A stretch of 64,000 nucleotides of DNA, taken from Octopus vulgaris. Its lineage: Eukaryota. Positions 45,258-59,963 of this stretch are shown piece after piece. Position 1 is the stretch's first letter. Each line of letters starts with the position of its first letter. The stretch is from contig OX597827.1 in the NCBI GenBank assembly GCA_951406725.2, positions 2,542,001 through 2,606,000 on the forward strand, given 5' to 3'. The notes below the pieces were generated by a model. The model made no database searches and was not told where the DNA came from. It saw only the letters and a program-made list of their open reading frames with translations. Both the position numbers and the translations under genes were made by a program.

Positions 45258-46380
45258 GCTGCTGCTGCTACTTCAACAACTACTACTACTACAACTATCA
45301 CCACAACTACTAATACCTATACTTTCATAATTACCACCGCCATTACTACTACTACTACTACTACTACTACACTTGTTCTGCCCAGAAGTGTCCCTCCATG
45401 CCCAGCTGTAATGCCGTCGGCGTTCACCCACCGCACTTAACAACCGCCACAGCATTTCCACACACCACACAGCCCTTGACAGTCACAAACTCCAACCAGG
45501 GAAGAAAAAAAGAAAAAAAAAAGAACCCTTCACTACCAACAACAACAACAACATCGTAACTTCACCAGCAGCTGCAGCAGCAGTAGCAGCAGCATCATCA
45601 TCATCACCGCTGCAGCAGCTTCTGTTGTCATTGTAGCTAAAACCCTGTGCCTCCCCTCCTGCCGCTTTACCTGTTCAGACATTAAGGATAGCCATGAAGT
45701 ATTCCACTCACGTAAACTCATTCGCCACGTCGTTATTGATACTTCGTAATCGTTCAATTCAACGTCGGAGTTGACAGGAGAATTTCCCGATTTCATTACT
45801 GCTCACTGAACATCTGTCAAACAACAAAGTCGAATTCGAAGCCTGTATGTGGCGTTTGACATGCTAGAAGTAGTAGTTAATTTCCTTCCTTGTCTTAGGA
45901 GGGGAACACGCATTGAATCATGTGATTCCTGAATTGCCCGGCGTCTGCGGTAAATTTGGGATAGTAAGAACCGAAATGCATGTGACCATAGGCCCATCGC
46001 GGCTGACGTGGGGCTAAACGATATCAAACACATCAGCTAAAACCAATACAACAGCAACATCGACAGCAACATCGACAGCAACATCTAGCCATGAAGGATT
46101 GCATATGTGGTCGCAAGACTCGCTAAAAATAGCAACCGGGTCTCCTTTATATCACACCTCCCCATCTCAAGAAATGTGACATAAGCGAATGTGATCTTGA
46201 ATTTTCTGGACATGGGGAAAAGATGAAGTGTTCTTCATCATAGGCTTTTTTATGATCAGGGCTGGCCTACGACGATGCAATTTCTGTGCATCGTCACGTT
46301 GCTAGAAAGAGCAACGAAATCTTCCTCAAATAACATCTTGCTATCTTAAAAAAAAAGGTCGCTTGAATGATGTATGTGGT

Positions 46381-46749
46381 TGCTGTTGAGCGAACGGTCT
46401 TCGTCTCAGAGCTCGCAAGATGGGAGAAGTCCGAAACGTGGTCCTTTGCTATTCGTAAGACCCGCAGAAGACAAAGCAGGTCAACCCACGACACCGAGAG
46501 CATCGACGGATGGATGAATGCGCATCCAGGCTCAGCGGTTGCGTAGGAAGTCGGGGACAAGAAACAGGAAGAGAGAGACAGTTGGGACGAAAGAGTACAA
46601 CAGGGGTCGCCACTACCCCCTGCCGGAGCATCGTGGAGCTTTAGGTGTTTTCGCTGAATAAACACACACAACGCCCGGTCTAGGAATCGAAACCGCGATC
46701 CTCCGACCGCGAGTTCGCTGCCCTAACCACTGGGCCATTGCGCCTCCAT
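46381..46749 (-). mobile_element. SINE family C head and body with a different 3' module, 13-bp TSD
   Basis: TSD tgatgtatgtggt at 46368 and 46750; 46557-46749 is homologous to 24083-24279. A further head fragment is at 1-31. Confidence 0.85.
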
Positions 46750-47122
46750 TGATGTATGTGGTCCTGGCTTTGCTATATGTAGTTAAAGACAAGATTGTCT
46801 GAGAGTATCTTTGATCAAAGGTCTACTGGATCGGAAATGAACATGGACTAAACAAGAGAGTTCCCAGAAGAAGTTGAGTAACGGAGGAGAGAGCCGACGT
46901 TTATCTTTTATATGTTTCTGTCATTGGGCTACGGCCATACTGGGATAACCAACTGAAGAGTGTTAGTCGAACAAATTGATCCCAGTACTTTTTTAAAAGG
47001 TGAATTACGTACTCTATTGTTCTTTTTTTGACGAACCGCTACATTAAAGGAAGTTTTGAAAAAATCAGCACCGTTTGTGAAGCGGTTGGTGTGGGGAACA
47101 AACGCAAGCACAAGAACGTACA

Positions 47123-47170
<48 letters not shown>

Positions 47171-47390
47171 CGTGTATGTATGTGTGTAAGTGTATGTGTG
47201 TGTATGTATGTATGTATGTATTAATTATATGGTAGAGCACCACCTGAAAGGTTTAGTCGAAGAGATCAACGCCACTAAAGTCTGGTACTTATCCCATCCC
47301 ATTTGCAGAACCACTAAGTTACGGGAATGGTTGCCAAGTGAAGTGGACAAACACAAGCACACAGATACACACATTAACATCCTTCTATTC

Positions 47391-47472
<82 letters not shown>

Positions 47473-47946
47473 ATTCTATAATTATGAGTATAAATTATAA
47501 TTTATAATTAGGGTTCAGCAAAATTTGCTTCACCACATACCGTAATTTAGAAATACCAGTTAAACTACTATTCTACTACCATAAGTGAGTTGTTGAGTAT
47601 TGCTGTCTGGGAGATACCTTATAGTAGTATAGTAGTAGTTTAACTGCTATTTCTAAATTTCGGTATGTGGTGAAGCAAATTTTGTTGAACCCTAATTATA
47701 ATTATACTCATAATTGTAGAATTTTTGTATAAGTTTACCGATAATGGTTCTTTTAACATTAATAATTAATAATAATTAATAATTTTACCAAGTAGTTCGG
47801 TACTACTTGATAAAATTATTAATTATTAATTAATTAATTAATTTTACCCTTTATTATTATTGATATATATATATATGTATGTAAGTATGTATTATGCATT
47901 ATGTATGTGTGTGTGTGCGAGCGCACACACGCACATACATACTATC

Positions 47947-48878
47947 ATGTCTAACGAGCAGGTTACTACCTCCTACTTTGAAGGGTTTGCGTTTGCAATC
48001 CAGGAACAAGAAATATCAACCAAATACCTGATGCACAAAGGGGGCAGAGATGCAGGAAAGGCAGTAAAATGTGTCAACCGATGCAGACTTTTTGGAGTTA
48101 ACACCGAAGATATCACCCACATCATAAGGAGTTGTCCGAAAATGTCATCACGGTATTTTCTACCGATGAGACATGACGTCGTAGCTAGGACACTCTGTAA
48201 TGAAATCCTTCGGAAGGATAATCCCGAGGACAAAGAAATAAGAACCCACAGTATGGTAGAAGCCATAGCAATTCTTGATAAAAAGGAGTGCTGGTGGAAA
48301 GCCTCAGTGAACACCCCAATATAATGTAAACACAATAGACTTGATATAATGATTTTGGACAGAGAAGAGAAACTGTGTACAATTGTGGAGATCTGACCCC
48401 CCAGCGGGTGTTAACATAAAGCTGAAGATCAGTGAAGAAGAGAATACCTATGCTGAACTAGTGAGAAATCTGCAGTTAGGTGCTCTCTCCAGATACAAGT
48501 TTAAGTTTATATATGTAATCAGTGGGGCACTAGAATATGTAATACACTGCCTAAATGCTAATTTTGAGAAATTGGGCTTCTCAAAACCAGAAAGGAGAAA
48601 GCTGATTCGAAGACTACAGATCCAAGCCAATACTGGAACTGTAAAAATCTGTAAAACTTTCCAGAAGTTTATCACTTTAATATATATGAAGATGTCTAAA
48701 CATGCAACTATATGCATGAGAATACATACATAAAACAAAACATACAAATCTGCACATATACATACATGCAAAAATGCCCGGTTACTGTTGTTACAATTCC
48801 AATGAATGAGCTTAGAATCTAGGTTAGAAACCGGCTCTTTCTCTACTGGCAAGAAATCCTGAAATAAAACTCAATAAT
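47947..48878 (+). mobile_element. R4/Dong-like non-LTR retrotransposon 3' fragment (zinc knuckle plus restriction-like endonuclease)
   Basis: FAIQEQEISTK, CRLF..EDITHIIRSC, RHDVVAR, a HNRLDIMILD..IVEI region and YAELVRNLQ..ISGAL; contains stops and frameshifts; ends aataaaactcaataat. Confidence 0.8.
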
Positions 48879-48910
48879 GCCACACATACATACATACATA
48901 CATGCATACA

Positions 48911-48942
<32 letters not shown>

Positions 48943-49751
48943 CACACGACAATTTCTTTCAGTTTCCGTCTACCAGATTCACTCAAAAAGTATTGATCGG
49001 CCCAGTCTATAAACGAAGACAATTTCCGTCGGTGCCACAGTGAAACTGACCCTAAAAGAGCGAACTTGCAGAGCGAACTTCTTCCCTGAACAGCCATAAA
49101 TGTGATCCTAATCTAGTGTTTATTCTTACAATATTCATCCATCTTCGCTCATTTTCTTTTCTTTTTGTTTTTAAGAAATCTATCCCAATCAATTAAAATG
49201 CATCACAGTTTGAGCATTCCCAAAACTGGGTAGCTTCTTTATCTGCATCAGCTACTGCACCACTACTGCACCATATCTGTAAGTGTGTTCGTCCAAAGTT
49301 GACGCAGACCGAATAGGAACACTGACGTGTTTTCTTTATAGGCAAAAATCACAAATGGAACAAGGAGAATAAGAAATGGACAGAATAAACATATGTATGT
49401 ATATATGTATGTATATATGTATGTATGTATATATGTATGTATATATGTATGTATATTCACGAGAGGCTTCTTTCAAATTCTACCAAATCCACTCACAACT
49501 TTGGTGAACCCATGGCTGTAGTAAAAGACACTTTCCCAAGGCTCCACGCAGTAGGACTCAACCCGGTACCATGTAGTTGTCGAGCAAACGTGTTACCACA
49601 CAGCCACGCCTGCACCAATATATCTTCTTTCACCCTTAACTTATATACTTTCTTTATAAAAGAAAGTAGCATCTATTGTTTATACATATTTGAATCCGGC
49701 TGCCTTTTCAGTGAGGATCAGAACATTTTCTTTAAAATTAGATAGAGGTTC

Positions 49752-50105
49752 AGGCACAGCTGTGTTGTAAGAAGCTTGCTTTCCAACCACATGGTTCCGA
49801 GTTCAGACCCACTGCGTGATACCTCGGACAAGTATCTTCTACTTTAGTCTCGGGCCGACTAAAGACTTGTGAGTAGATTTGGTCGCCGGAATCTGAAAGA
49901 AGTCCATCGAAAATGTGTGTCCACCACCACGCTTCACAACCGGTGTTTGTGTGCTTACGCACCCGTAACCTAGTGGTTCGGCAAGAGAGAATAAGTACCA
50001 GGCTTTAAAAAAATTTAATGTACTGAGGTTGGTTCATTCAACTAAATGTTCTTTAAGGTGGTGTTTCAGCATGGCCGCAGTCTAATGACTGAGACAAGCA
50101 AAAGG
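49752..50105 (+). mobile_element. SINE family A
   Basis: gtaagaagcttgctttccaaccacatggttccgagttc ... cagcatggccgcagtctaatgactgag. Confidence 0.8.
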
Positions 50106-51778
50106 TATTTGAGTCTGGTTGTCTTTGCAATAAAGACCAGTACACTTTCTTTAAAATTAGATAAAGCAAAATTTTGGTTCCCTGCATCTTACACCAATAA
50201 TCTTTTTTACTCTGCACAAAACTGATACAAGTTTTAAATCTGACGAGTTTCTTCTCTTTATTTTTCTGTCTATTCGTTATTTAAAGCATATGGTTATTCT
50301 ATATGTCTTGAGCAGGCAGATATTTCTATAAGTTTTGACTGTTAGCTCATTGGGATAGAAAGAGCGATGGGAGAGAATATTTAACACAACTTTGTAGAAA
50401 CACCTAACGGACTCATAATATATAACTTCAATTAATTCATATTTTAGCCTGTGGGCTGGGACAATTTACGGTTTAACCAGATCAATATTGCTACTCCGAA
50501 AGCAACCGGCTTTTTTTTCTAGGGAACAAAACTAATAAAACAGATTGACTGTTCGAATGAAAAAAATTAGAAAATGGGACGGGAGGGGTAGAGCGAGATT
50601 GATTCCATAGGAATCTAAGAGAAAGAGCAGACAAATCTCCTTCAAATCACACTCTACCATCTTCACTAACACTTATTGAAAAGGAAAGAAAAGAAAAGAA
50701 ATGTAAAGGAACCTAAAGGATAATCTGTTTTCATATCATGGCAGAAAGCCAGCAATTTTAAGGGAAATGGAGTTATTTGATTACATAGACCTCAGCACTT
50801 GGCTGGTACTTATTTTATCGAGTCAACCACGACTAAATTTGAACCCCAAACGTAAATCGCTGGACGAAATGCCGCTAAGCATTTTTATCCCATGTGCTGT
50901 CGACTTACACAATTCACCGGCTTTTCACTCTGGCTAATACAATTCTAGACAAGGTGGCTAACTGGAAGAATTGTTAGTACAGCGGGCAAAATGATTAGCA
51001 GCATTTTGTCCATCTCTATGTTCTGAGTTCAAATTCCGCCGGGGTCGACTTTGCCTTTCATCCTTTCGCTGTCGATAAAATAAGTATCAGTCGAACGCTG
51101 GGATCAATGACGTTGAAATTGTTGCCCTTGTACCAAAATTTGAAACAAATATAATCCAAGATACACTATGCCTGTACAAATCGATGGAGTAGCCACAGCA
51201 AGGACTACCTTTTAACAGATTTACTCAACCAGATATTGACCAAGAGCTATACAACAATTTCAATATTTAATAAGATGCGAGCTGTGTTATGAGAGGTAAA
51301 TTGATCGGAGATAGTTCGCTCTCTAGCGTAACACTTGAAAGGAGATAAAAATACTAAAGAAGAACATATTGCATGTAGCGGTTGTACTCAATATATTCTG
51401 ATTCACTCCTGCTTTTTCTTTTTTCGCTTTTTTTTTATTTGTGTGTATGTATGAATGCATGTATGTACGTATGTATGCGTGTGTGCGCGTGTGTGTATTT
51501 CTTGGTCTGATTAAATATTTTCAAACATGGGTTCGGGGATGGTGGAACGGTTGTCTCTAATTATGTATAGAAGGCAAATATTGCGCAGTCTTTTGCTGAA
51601 AAATCTCCAAGAACCCTTAAAATATTCACAAAACTAATCAATTCGGGGCAACAGGGGTCAACTGATAAATTTCCAAAAAAAAGAAAAAGAAAAAAAAGGA
51701 GGGGGTCAAATATGTGTTTGGATAATTCAATCAGCCTAATGATGAAAGAGCAACAGCATCATCATCATCATCATCGTC

Positions 51779-51839
<61 letters not shown>

Positions 51840-52181
51840 ACAACAACAACAGCTAAAGCAGCAGCAGTGGTAGGGCTAGTTAGAAAAATCGAAATCAAAT
51901 ATGATTTTTTTCATTCATTTCCTTGACCTCATGATTATCGTCGTCGACATCACCATGGTCATGATCATCATCATCATCATCATCGTCGTCATCGTCATCA
52001 TCATCATCATCATCTTCGTCATCATAATCATCATCCTCGTTGTAGTCGTTACCATGACTATTGATATCTTCATTGTGATCGTTCAACATATCTCAACATC
52101 ATTTTTGCATTCATTATCATATTAGCATATTATCGTCGTTTTCATCATCATCATCATCATCATAATCATCATCATCATCAT

Positions 52182-52222
<41 letters not shown>

Positions 52223-52326
52223 CCAGCAACATCATGACGACAACTGATCCAATGAGGATAGTGATGTTGCTGTTTTGTTATTGTTGTTTTTGTTGTTGTT
52301 GATGATGATGATGACGACGACAACGA

Positions 52327-52357
<31 letters not shown>

Positions 52358-53166
52358 TAGCCATCCGTGCAATGGCGACGCTTTCCCAATTGTGACAGTA
52401 TTAGTGTAGTCAGGATTACAACATCTGATGTTAACATCAATTAACATCACAACTGATACCATAAGTCAGATAAAAACAAAACCGCACATCATAACCAACA
52501 TTGCAGCTATCTTCAGCAACAACGCGGAAGCTTCTGCAAAATCACTCGACCTGCAAGACATAGATGTAACCAAATTTCACTCTGGTAAAGGATGGAAGAT
52601 CTTTGATCATGGAATCCTAGATCTTCCCAGTCTAGGCTGACTTAGGGCTAAAAACCACTACATACAAAACCATAGGCTAACAAGAGAGAGCCTCAAGGTG
52701 GACGCGTGGTCGCACATGATAGTAGTCAATTCTATCTCAAATCAAACCCTCTACCTTAATGAAGAATGACAGTTTGGGTAATATAGCCATACGTAACCTT
52801 TAAAGATGAGAGAGTCATGGTTAGAATGTTTCATTAAAAGTTCTGATTACTCAGCAAAAACTTCAACAGTAACATTGATGTTTTTCTCCCAAAATTCTCT
52901 CTCTCTCTCCCCCTCAGCACGTATATACAAACACGTGCATATACATACATACATACATACATATATATATGTGTGTGTGTGTGTGTGTATCTATCTATCT
53001 ATCTATATATATATATATATATATATATAAACCGCAAAGTTACGGGGATACCAATACCGGTTGTCAAGTGGTGGTTGTAGTGGTGGTGGTGGTTGTGGGA
53101 GACAAACACAGACACAGAGACACACACATTAATATATACATACAACCCCTCCATAACCAATCTCAT

Positions 53167-53199
<33 letters not shown>

Positions 53200-53399
53200 C
53201 GGCAGGCTTTTTTCTTTTTCCATCTACCAAATCCACTCCGAAAGCTTAGGTCGGCCCAGGGCTATAGTACAAGATATCTGCTCAAGGGGCCACGTAGTTG
53301 GATGACCCTGAATCATGTGGTTGGGAAGCAAGCTTCTTACTACACACCCACCCCTGCACAAAAGTCTTTTAGAGAAAGCGCCCGTCATTCGTCAATCTT

Positions 53400-53710
53400 G
53401 AAAGGTTGTTGCTCTTAGACGACAATGCAAAAGGCCGTATCGCCCAAGTCACTTAAGAAGAGGTTAGGGTATCAAATAAGGAAAAACTGCCTCATCCTGC
53501 TTATTCACGTAGCTTAGTTCCATCGGATTTTAGCTCAATGCATCATTATTAAGAAACAAAAGAATTTATTAACTGCGAAACAGGTAAAAATGATATCGAG
53601 TGTTTCTTTTCTCCCAAAACTAGAAGTATTTTACGCCTGAGGAATCAACAATTTACCAAAGAGATGGACTCATGTTATCAATAATAAGGGGGCGTTTTAT
53701 TTTATTAGGT
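53400..53710 (+). pseudogene. Mariner transposase 3' fragment
   Basis: Manual translation gives LLDDNAK, LPHPAYSRSLVPSDF and GINNLPKRWTHVINNKG. Confidence 0.7.
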
Positions 53711-53839
53711 TAATAATAAATATATTAATTAAGGCTCAGGAAGCATTCGTTTCCTCCTCATTTTGCAATGCGAGAGGACGTTCTTTCCAAACACAAACAC
53801 GCACCCACGCGCACACACATGCGTGTTTGTGTGTTTATG

Positions 53840-53904
<65 letters not shown>

Positions 53905-54529
53905 TTCATATGTTTATAGTTTTGTCCTTGTATTTGTATATGACTGAGTGTATGTATATATTTGCCTCTTTGCATAATCGTATATAAAGAAACATATAAA
54001 TAATTATATATTATATACACACAAACACATACACATCATATATACATACAAGCGCATTCGCACGTACATACATATACAAATATATACATACATACATACA
54101 TACATTCATACATATATACATGAACACACTCATATATGTGTGTGTGCCTGCTTGTCTGTATGTATATATGTATATGTATATCCATCCACGTACGTTTATA
54201 TGTATATTTGTGTATGTATACATGAATATGCGTGCTTATATGTGTGTGTGTGCGCGCGCATGAGTATGTGTGTGTGTGTGTGTTTGAGTTTGTGTGCATA
54301 CACCACCAAGTGCCATTAGTTCAGGAGGTGGAATGTTGTTTTGACGATCTTATAAGCCGATAGGTATTATCATGTGTTTGTGTGTGTGGGTGGGTGGGTG
54401 CGTGCATGCATACATACATGCATACATATATGGACATATATATGCATATATAAACACATGTACATATATATATGTATATATGTATATGCAATATATGAAT
54501 ATATATCTATATACGTATGTATACATATA

Positions 54530-54583
<54 letters not shown>

Positions 54584-55324
54584 CCTGTAAATATATGTGT
54601 GTGAGCCTATGTGTATGTACATATATACATACATATATAATATATATATATATAGTATATATATAGGTATGTAGCTTTGTAGTATGCATGTATGTATCTG
54701 TTGGCTTATGCGCATGTTTCTGTAGAGGGCATGGTGTCTGCATGTGAGTGTGTGTGTTTAAAGAAGATTAAACTCGGTCCACGGAAGATTAGTTCCATTA
54801 CGGATTGTAATACAAATGACAAGCAAGATATATTGAAAACAACTCCAAAAATCAACGACAAAAACATATAAGCGAAAACCTTCTAGAAACCGTTGCAAAG
54901 ACGAAACTACGCATGCGCACATCTACACATATATGATCATATATATTGACATGTAAAAGGAACTTACGCATACGCACGTGTATACATATATGCTGATATA
55001 GATATTATTAACACGCAAACACTTTCTTTCACGCACACGTACGCATTCGCAAATGGAGGCTGAAACGGAAAATAAGAAACTTGCTAGAAAAGGCTAAAGA
55101 ATTATGTACCAAAGTCGAGCAGTGGCTATATCATAGGAATATCTTTGGCAGATCAGAAAGTAGAGTAAGTTTTAAAGACAACTTACTTCAATAGAAGCTG
55201 TGTAGTTAGCAATAGTTGCTTTGAGGAAAAGAGAAGGAAAATAAAAAAGGAAAAACGTATAAAAGGCAACAAAAAAAAACAATAAGCGAAGAACGAGAAG
55301 TTATGGTAACAAATATAGAATCGA

Positions 55325-55362
<38 letters not shown>

Positions 55363-55437
55363 AGCAATGGAAAAGCGAAAGCAATCAAGGAATTAAAGAA
55401 AGCTAAAAAAAAAACAACAACAACGACAACATTGATC

Positions 55438-55471
<34 letters not shown>

Positions 55472-56262
55472 TAATAATAAAGGAACGGCTAGAGAGTACA
55501 AGAAATAGTAGTCAAAACAAAGGCAAAGCTTGTAGAAAAGGTCAGTTAAGAAAAGACAAACAAAGAATGTGATGACTTGAAAGTGAAAGTGAAAGTAAAT
55601 CGAAAGACTTTTTTTGCCTTAGAGATTAGATGAGGGAGGGAGGGAGGGAGGGAAGATGCGAGGTATTGGAGGATCAGTGACGTGAAGGGGTTGAAGGGGG
55701 GATATCAAAGGATGAAATTATAAAGGTTAGAAGAACAAAAAAAAGGGGGGGGGCGAATAAGGGAGGAAAATAAAATAAAAACAAATTAGGTGAGGAAAAA
55801 AAAGACACTAAAGAATAAAGAGTACCTCCTTCACCAGTACCACCGCCACCACCACCACCACCACTACCATTACCAATACCACCCGCGACTATATAGAAAT
55901 GGCGAAAGTAGTAATAGTTTTAGTTATAAACATTAATCTAGACTTTTACTTTAACATGTCAGGGCCTGATTTCAGATGATATAAAACAAGAGAAAACATA
56001 TTTTGTAATAGATTCAGGAAAATATATTTCTTTTGAATAGTTTCCAGAATAAAGATGTGAGCGTTTGAAGGGACACACGAACACGCAAACACACAATCCC
56101 GCGTGCACATACACACACACGCACACACACACACCAAGACAGTCATCCATATACATACATATATTAACACATGTACACACATTGAAACATGTATAGAGTG
56201 CTTTTTGGTGCAGTCCTCGACTTTTTCAATCGAAAAGGGTGTCTCAATCCAATATTCACATG

Positions 56263-56302
<40 letters not shown>

Positions 56303-56349
56303 AGAGAGAGCGACAGAGAGAGAGAGAGAGAGATTTATAGATAGATTTT

Positions 56350-56550
56350 AGCACGTGGACGGTTGGTGATTTTTCCTTATTTTACTTTCTTTCTCTTCGG
56401 ACTTGCCCGTATCCGACGAAGAGATATGCTCGAAACGTTAGCAACAACTCTCTTCTTTCACCGATCATCAAAATTGATATATTGCTTGTGCACTTTCTCA
56501 CGTTCGTTTTTTTTCTTTTTCTCTCTTGTTTTTTGTTCTTTGAATTGACT
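56350..56550 (+). mobile_element. Family D hammerhead-like element
   Basis: CCGACGA-a-gagatatgctc-GAAACGTT at 56413-56439; its 5' end resembles that of the 37612 copy. Confidence 0.55.
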
Positions 56551-56559
56551 ATATATATA

Positions 56560-56592
<33 letters not shown>

Positions 56593-56618
56593 ATGTATAT
56601 ATATATACATACATATAC

Positions 56619-56729
<111 letters not shown>

Positions 56730-56848
56730 CATATATATATATATACATATATATGCTTACTTGGAAATGGCTGCTTCACGTTCAGTTAAATAATAAATGT
56801 TATACAATGTATATATATATATATACATGCATATATGGGTACAGGACT

Positions 56849-56880
<32 letters not shown>

Positions 56881-57084
56881 CATACATACGCACACACATA
56901 CATACATACACACATACATACATACATACATACATATATACATACATACATACATACATACATACATACATACATACATACATACATACATACATACATG
57001 CATACACACATACATATATACATACATCTATATGTATGGCCGCGGTCAAATTACTTGAATAAATAGAAGAGCAGAAGAGCATTT

Positions 57085-57262
57085 GGATCTTTTCCTTTTG
57101 ATAGCCAGGTTTCAACACAATTTCTAGTTAACTAAATACTTTAAAACTTCGTATACTGGTAGAATGTGTCAAAAGAAAACATTATTTTCACTTGGCTTTT
57201 TTGATAAATTTGTAATTCGTTTGTTTAATGTAGTTTAATTTTTCGAATTTTAACCAATCCTA
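57085..57262. mobile_element. Truncated, diverged relative of the 2103 MITE
   Basis: Starts ggatcttttc and shares aaacttcgtatactggtagaatgtgt, cttggcttt and aaccaatc with the 2103 element. Confidence 0.7.
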
Positions 57263-57371
57263 TGCTCTCTTTTCAGCTGAAATCATTTGCTGCGTCTAAG
57301 AACTGAGACAACATACATACATAAATACATACATACATACATACATATTTGCATTTGTGTATGCGTGTGCA

Positions 57372-57690
57372 GGCGCGTGGCTTAGTGGTTAGGGCATTCG
57401 GTTCACGGTCGTAAGGTCGTGAGTTCAATTCCCGGCGACGCGTTGTGTCCTTGAGCAAGACATTTATTTCACATTGCTCCAGTCCACTCAGCTAGCAAAA
57501 ATTAGTAGTACCTGTATTTCAAAGGGCCTGCCTTGTCACACTCCGTATCACGCTGAATCTCCCTGAGAACTATATTAAGGAGTATGTGTGTCTGTGGAGT
57601 GCTCAGCCACTTGCAGGTAAATTTCATGAACCAGCTGTTCCATTGATCGGATCAACTGGAACCCTCGTCGTCGTAGCCGACGGAGTACCG
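57372..57690 (+). mobile_element. tRNA-derived CORE-like SINE
   Basis: ggcgcgtggcttagtggttaggg...gagttcaattccc, then gtgtccttgagcaagac. Related heads at 1290-1400 (+), 2715-2895 (-) and 29340-29477 (-). Confidence 0.75.
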
Positions 57691-57879
57691 GTAATGTGTA
57701 TGCGAGTGTGCATGTATGTATGATAGTATGTAAACATGAGTACATGAATATATCAATCCATACACGCAAACTCTTCTACACTTAGACACATACACTTGCG
57801 CATGCGTATTTTTCCTCTTCTATTTCAGCTAAGCTTTCGCATGAATAGGATTTTTTTCCGTTATGAAGAAAACATTTCT

Positions 57880-57917
<38 letters not shown>

Positions 57918-57999
57918 CACATGATATTAAAGAGAGCCCATGTCTTTTGCAGGTGCAACCACATGCATATATGTGAGTGCGTGTCTGTGTGTGTATGTA

Positions 58000-58052
<53 letters not shown>

Positions 58053-58122
58053 CAAAATGGACAGGTGTTCGACAAAGAGTTAAAAGAAAGGAAAAAAAGA
58101 ACGCGAGGCGTCATGTAAACGC

Positions 58123-58181
<59 letters not shown>

Positions 58182-58368
58182 GTATAACTGTTAATGGCAC
58201 CTACGGCTATTACTCGGAGTTTCATATACACGCAAGCACGTGCCTGTTTGTTTAGACTGAACACGGAGACTTTGAAGAATTGCACACGTGTTTGCATGTC
58301 ACAGAAAGTCTGATTAATGCCCAAGGGATATATATACATATATATATGTATGTGTGTGTGTGTGTATG

Positions 58369-58456
<88 letters not shown>

Positions 58457-58487
58457 CCTCGTGTAAATATCTGTTCCGACTTGAGCT

Positions 58488-58594
58488 ATTTCTTGCTGAA
58501 GAATTCGAGGGCTTATGGAAGATTGGCTTGATTTAATTTAATCAGGTTAGTTTACCATTAAACAGCGAATGAAACGGTATACCGTACAAGAAAT
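58488..58594 (+). ncRNA. Type I hammerhead ribozyme, copy 1
   Basis: Helix I atttcttg/caagaaat; core CUGAAGA (58496-58502); helix II attcg/cgaat; GAAA (58571-74); palindromic helix III acggtataccgt; GUA cleavage triplet ending at 58586. Confidence 0.85.
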
Positions 58595-58978
58595 TACAGG
58601 GTAAATGTTTTTTTAATTTTCTCCTGTTAACGGAATTGATCTTTATTTGCGGTAGAAGCTTTGGCTGTTATTTCTAGTGGGTGAATGGCCTATTATGGCC
58701 GTTCCTTAATTGTTAATGTTGAACTTAAAAATGGTCTATGACTATTTAATTTTTTCCCACTGGGCCGCTGGTGGCAATAAATTTCTACAAAATTTTCCTT
58801 GCCACCCTATATTGATTAATTATGAATTTTTTGGTTAATTCCGTAATGGAATCGACGGCTGATATTTATTTGCTGCCGATAAATTTGGCGCGAGTGCGAC
58901 GATTTGAAAATTTTAGGTCAGATATTGCCTTGGCAAGGTTCGAGATGCCTCGTGTAAATATCTGTTCCGACTTGAGCT

Positions 58979-59085
58979 ATTTCTTGCTGAAGAATTCGAG
59001 GGCTTATGGAAGATTGGCTTGATTTAATTTAATCAGGTTAGTTTACCATTAAACAGCGAATGAAACGGTATACCGTACAAGAAAT
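58979..59085 (+). ncRNA. Type I hammerhead ribozyme, copy 2
   Basis: Same sequence as copy 1; predicted cleavage after 59077. Confidence 0.85.
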
Positions 59086-59471
59086 TACAGGGTAAATGTT
59101 TTTTTAATTTTCTCCTGTTAACGGAATTGATCTTTATTTGCGGTAGAAGTTTTGGCTGTTATTTCTAGTGGGTGAATGGCCTATTATGGCCGTTCCTTAA
59201 TTGTTAATGTTGAACTTAAAAATGGTCTATGACTATTTAATTTTTTTTCCCACTGGGCCGCTGGTGGCAATAAATTTCTACAAAATTTTCCTTGCCACCC
59301 TATATTGATTAATTATGAATTTTTTGGTTAATTCCGTAATGGAATCGACGGCTGATATTTATTTGCTGCCGATAAATTTGGCGCGAGTGCGACGATTTGA
59401 AAATTTTAGGTCAGATATTGCCTTGGCAAGGTTCGAGATGCCTCGTGTAAATATCTGTTCCGACTTGAGCT

Positions 59472-59578
59472 ATTTCTTGCTGAAGAATTCGAGGGCTTAT
59501 GGAAGATTGGCTTGATTTAATTTAATCAGGTTAGTTTACCATTAAACAGCGAATGAAACGGTATACCGTACAAGAAAT
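59472..59578 (+). ncRNA. Type I hammerhead ribozyme, copy 3
   Basis: Same sequence as copy 1; predicted cleavage after 59570. Confidence 0.85.
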
Positions 59579-59963
59579 TACAGGGTAAATGTTTTTTTAA
59601 TTTTCTCCTGTTAACGGAATTGATCTTTATTTGCGGTAGAAGCTTTGGCTGTTATTTCTAGTGGGTGAATGGCCTATTATGGCCGTTCCTTAATTGTTAA
59701 TGTTGAACTTAAAAATGGTCTATGACTATTTAATTTTTTTCCCACTGGGCCGCTGGTGGCAATAAATTTCTACAAAATTTTCCTTGCCACCCTATATTGA
59801 TTAATTATGAATTTTTTGGTTAATTCCGTAATGGAATCGACGGCTGATATTTATTTGCTGCCGATAAATTTGGCGCGAGTGCGACGATTTGAAAATTTTA
59901 GGTCAGATATTGCCTTGGCAAGGTTCGAGATGCCTCGTGTAAATATCTGTTCCGACTTGAGCT

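Noticed and set aside
45533-46033. Possible exon in more complex sequence
   Set aside because: I found no recognisable domain or supported splice structure. It cannot be called without transcript data.
58822-59022. 66-aa ORF repeated three times
   Set aside because: It is a by-product of the tandem unit, with no recognisable motif, and it overlaps the ribozyme. Translation is not excluded but is unsupported.
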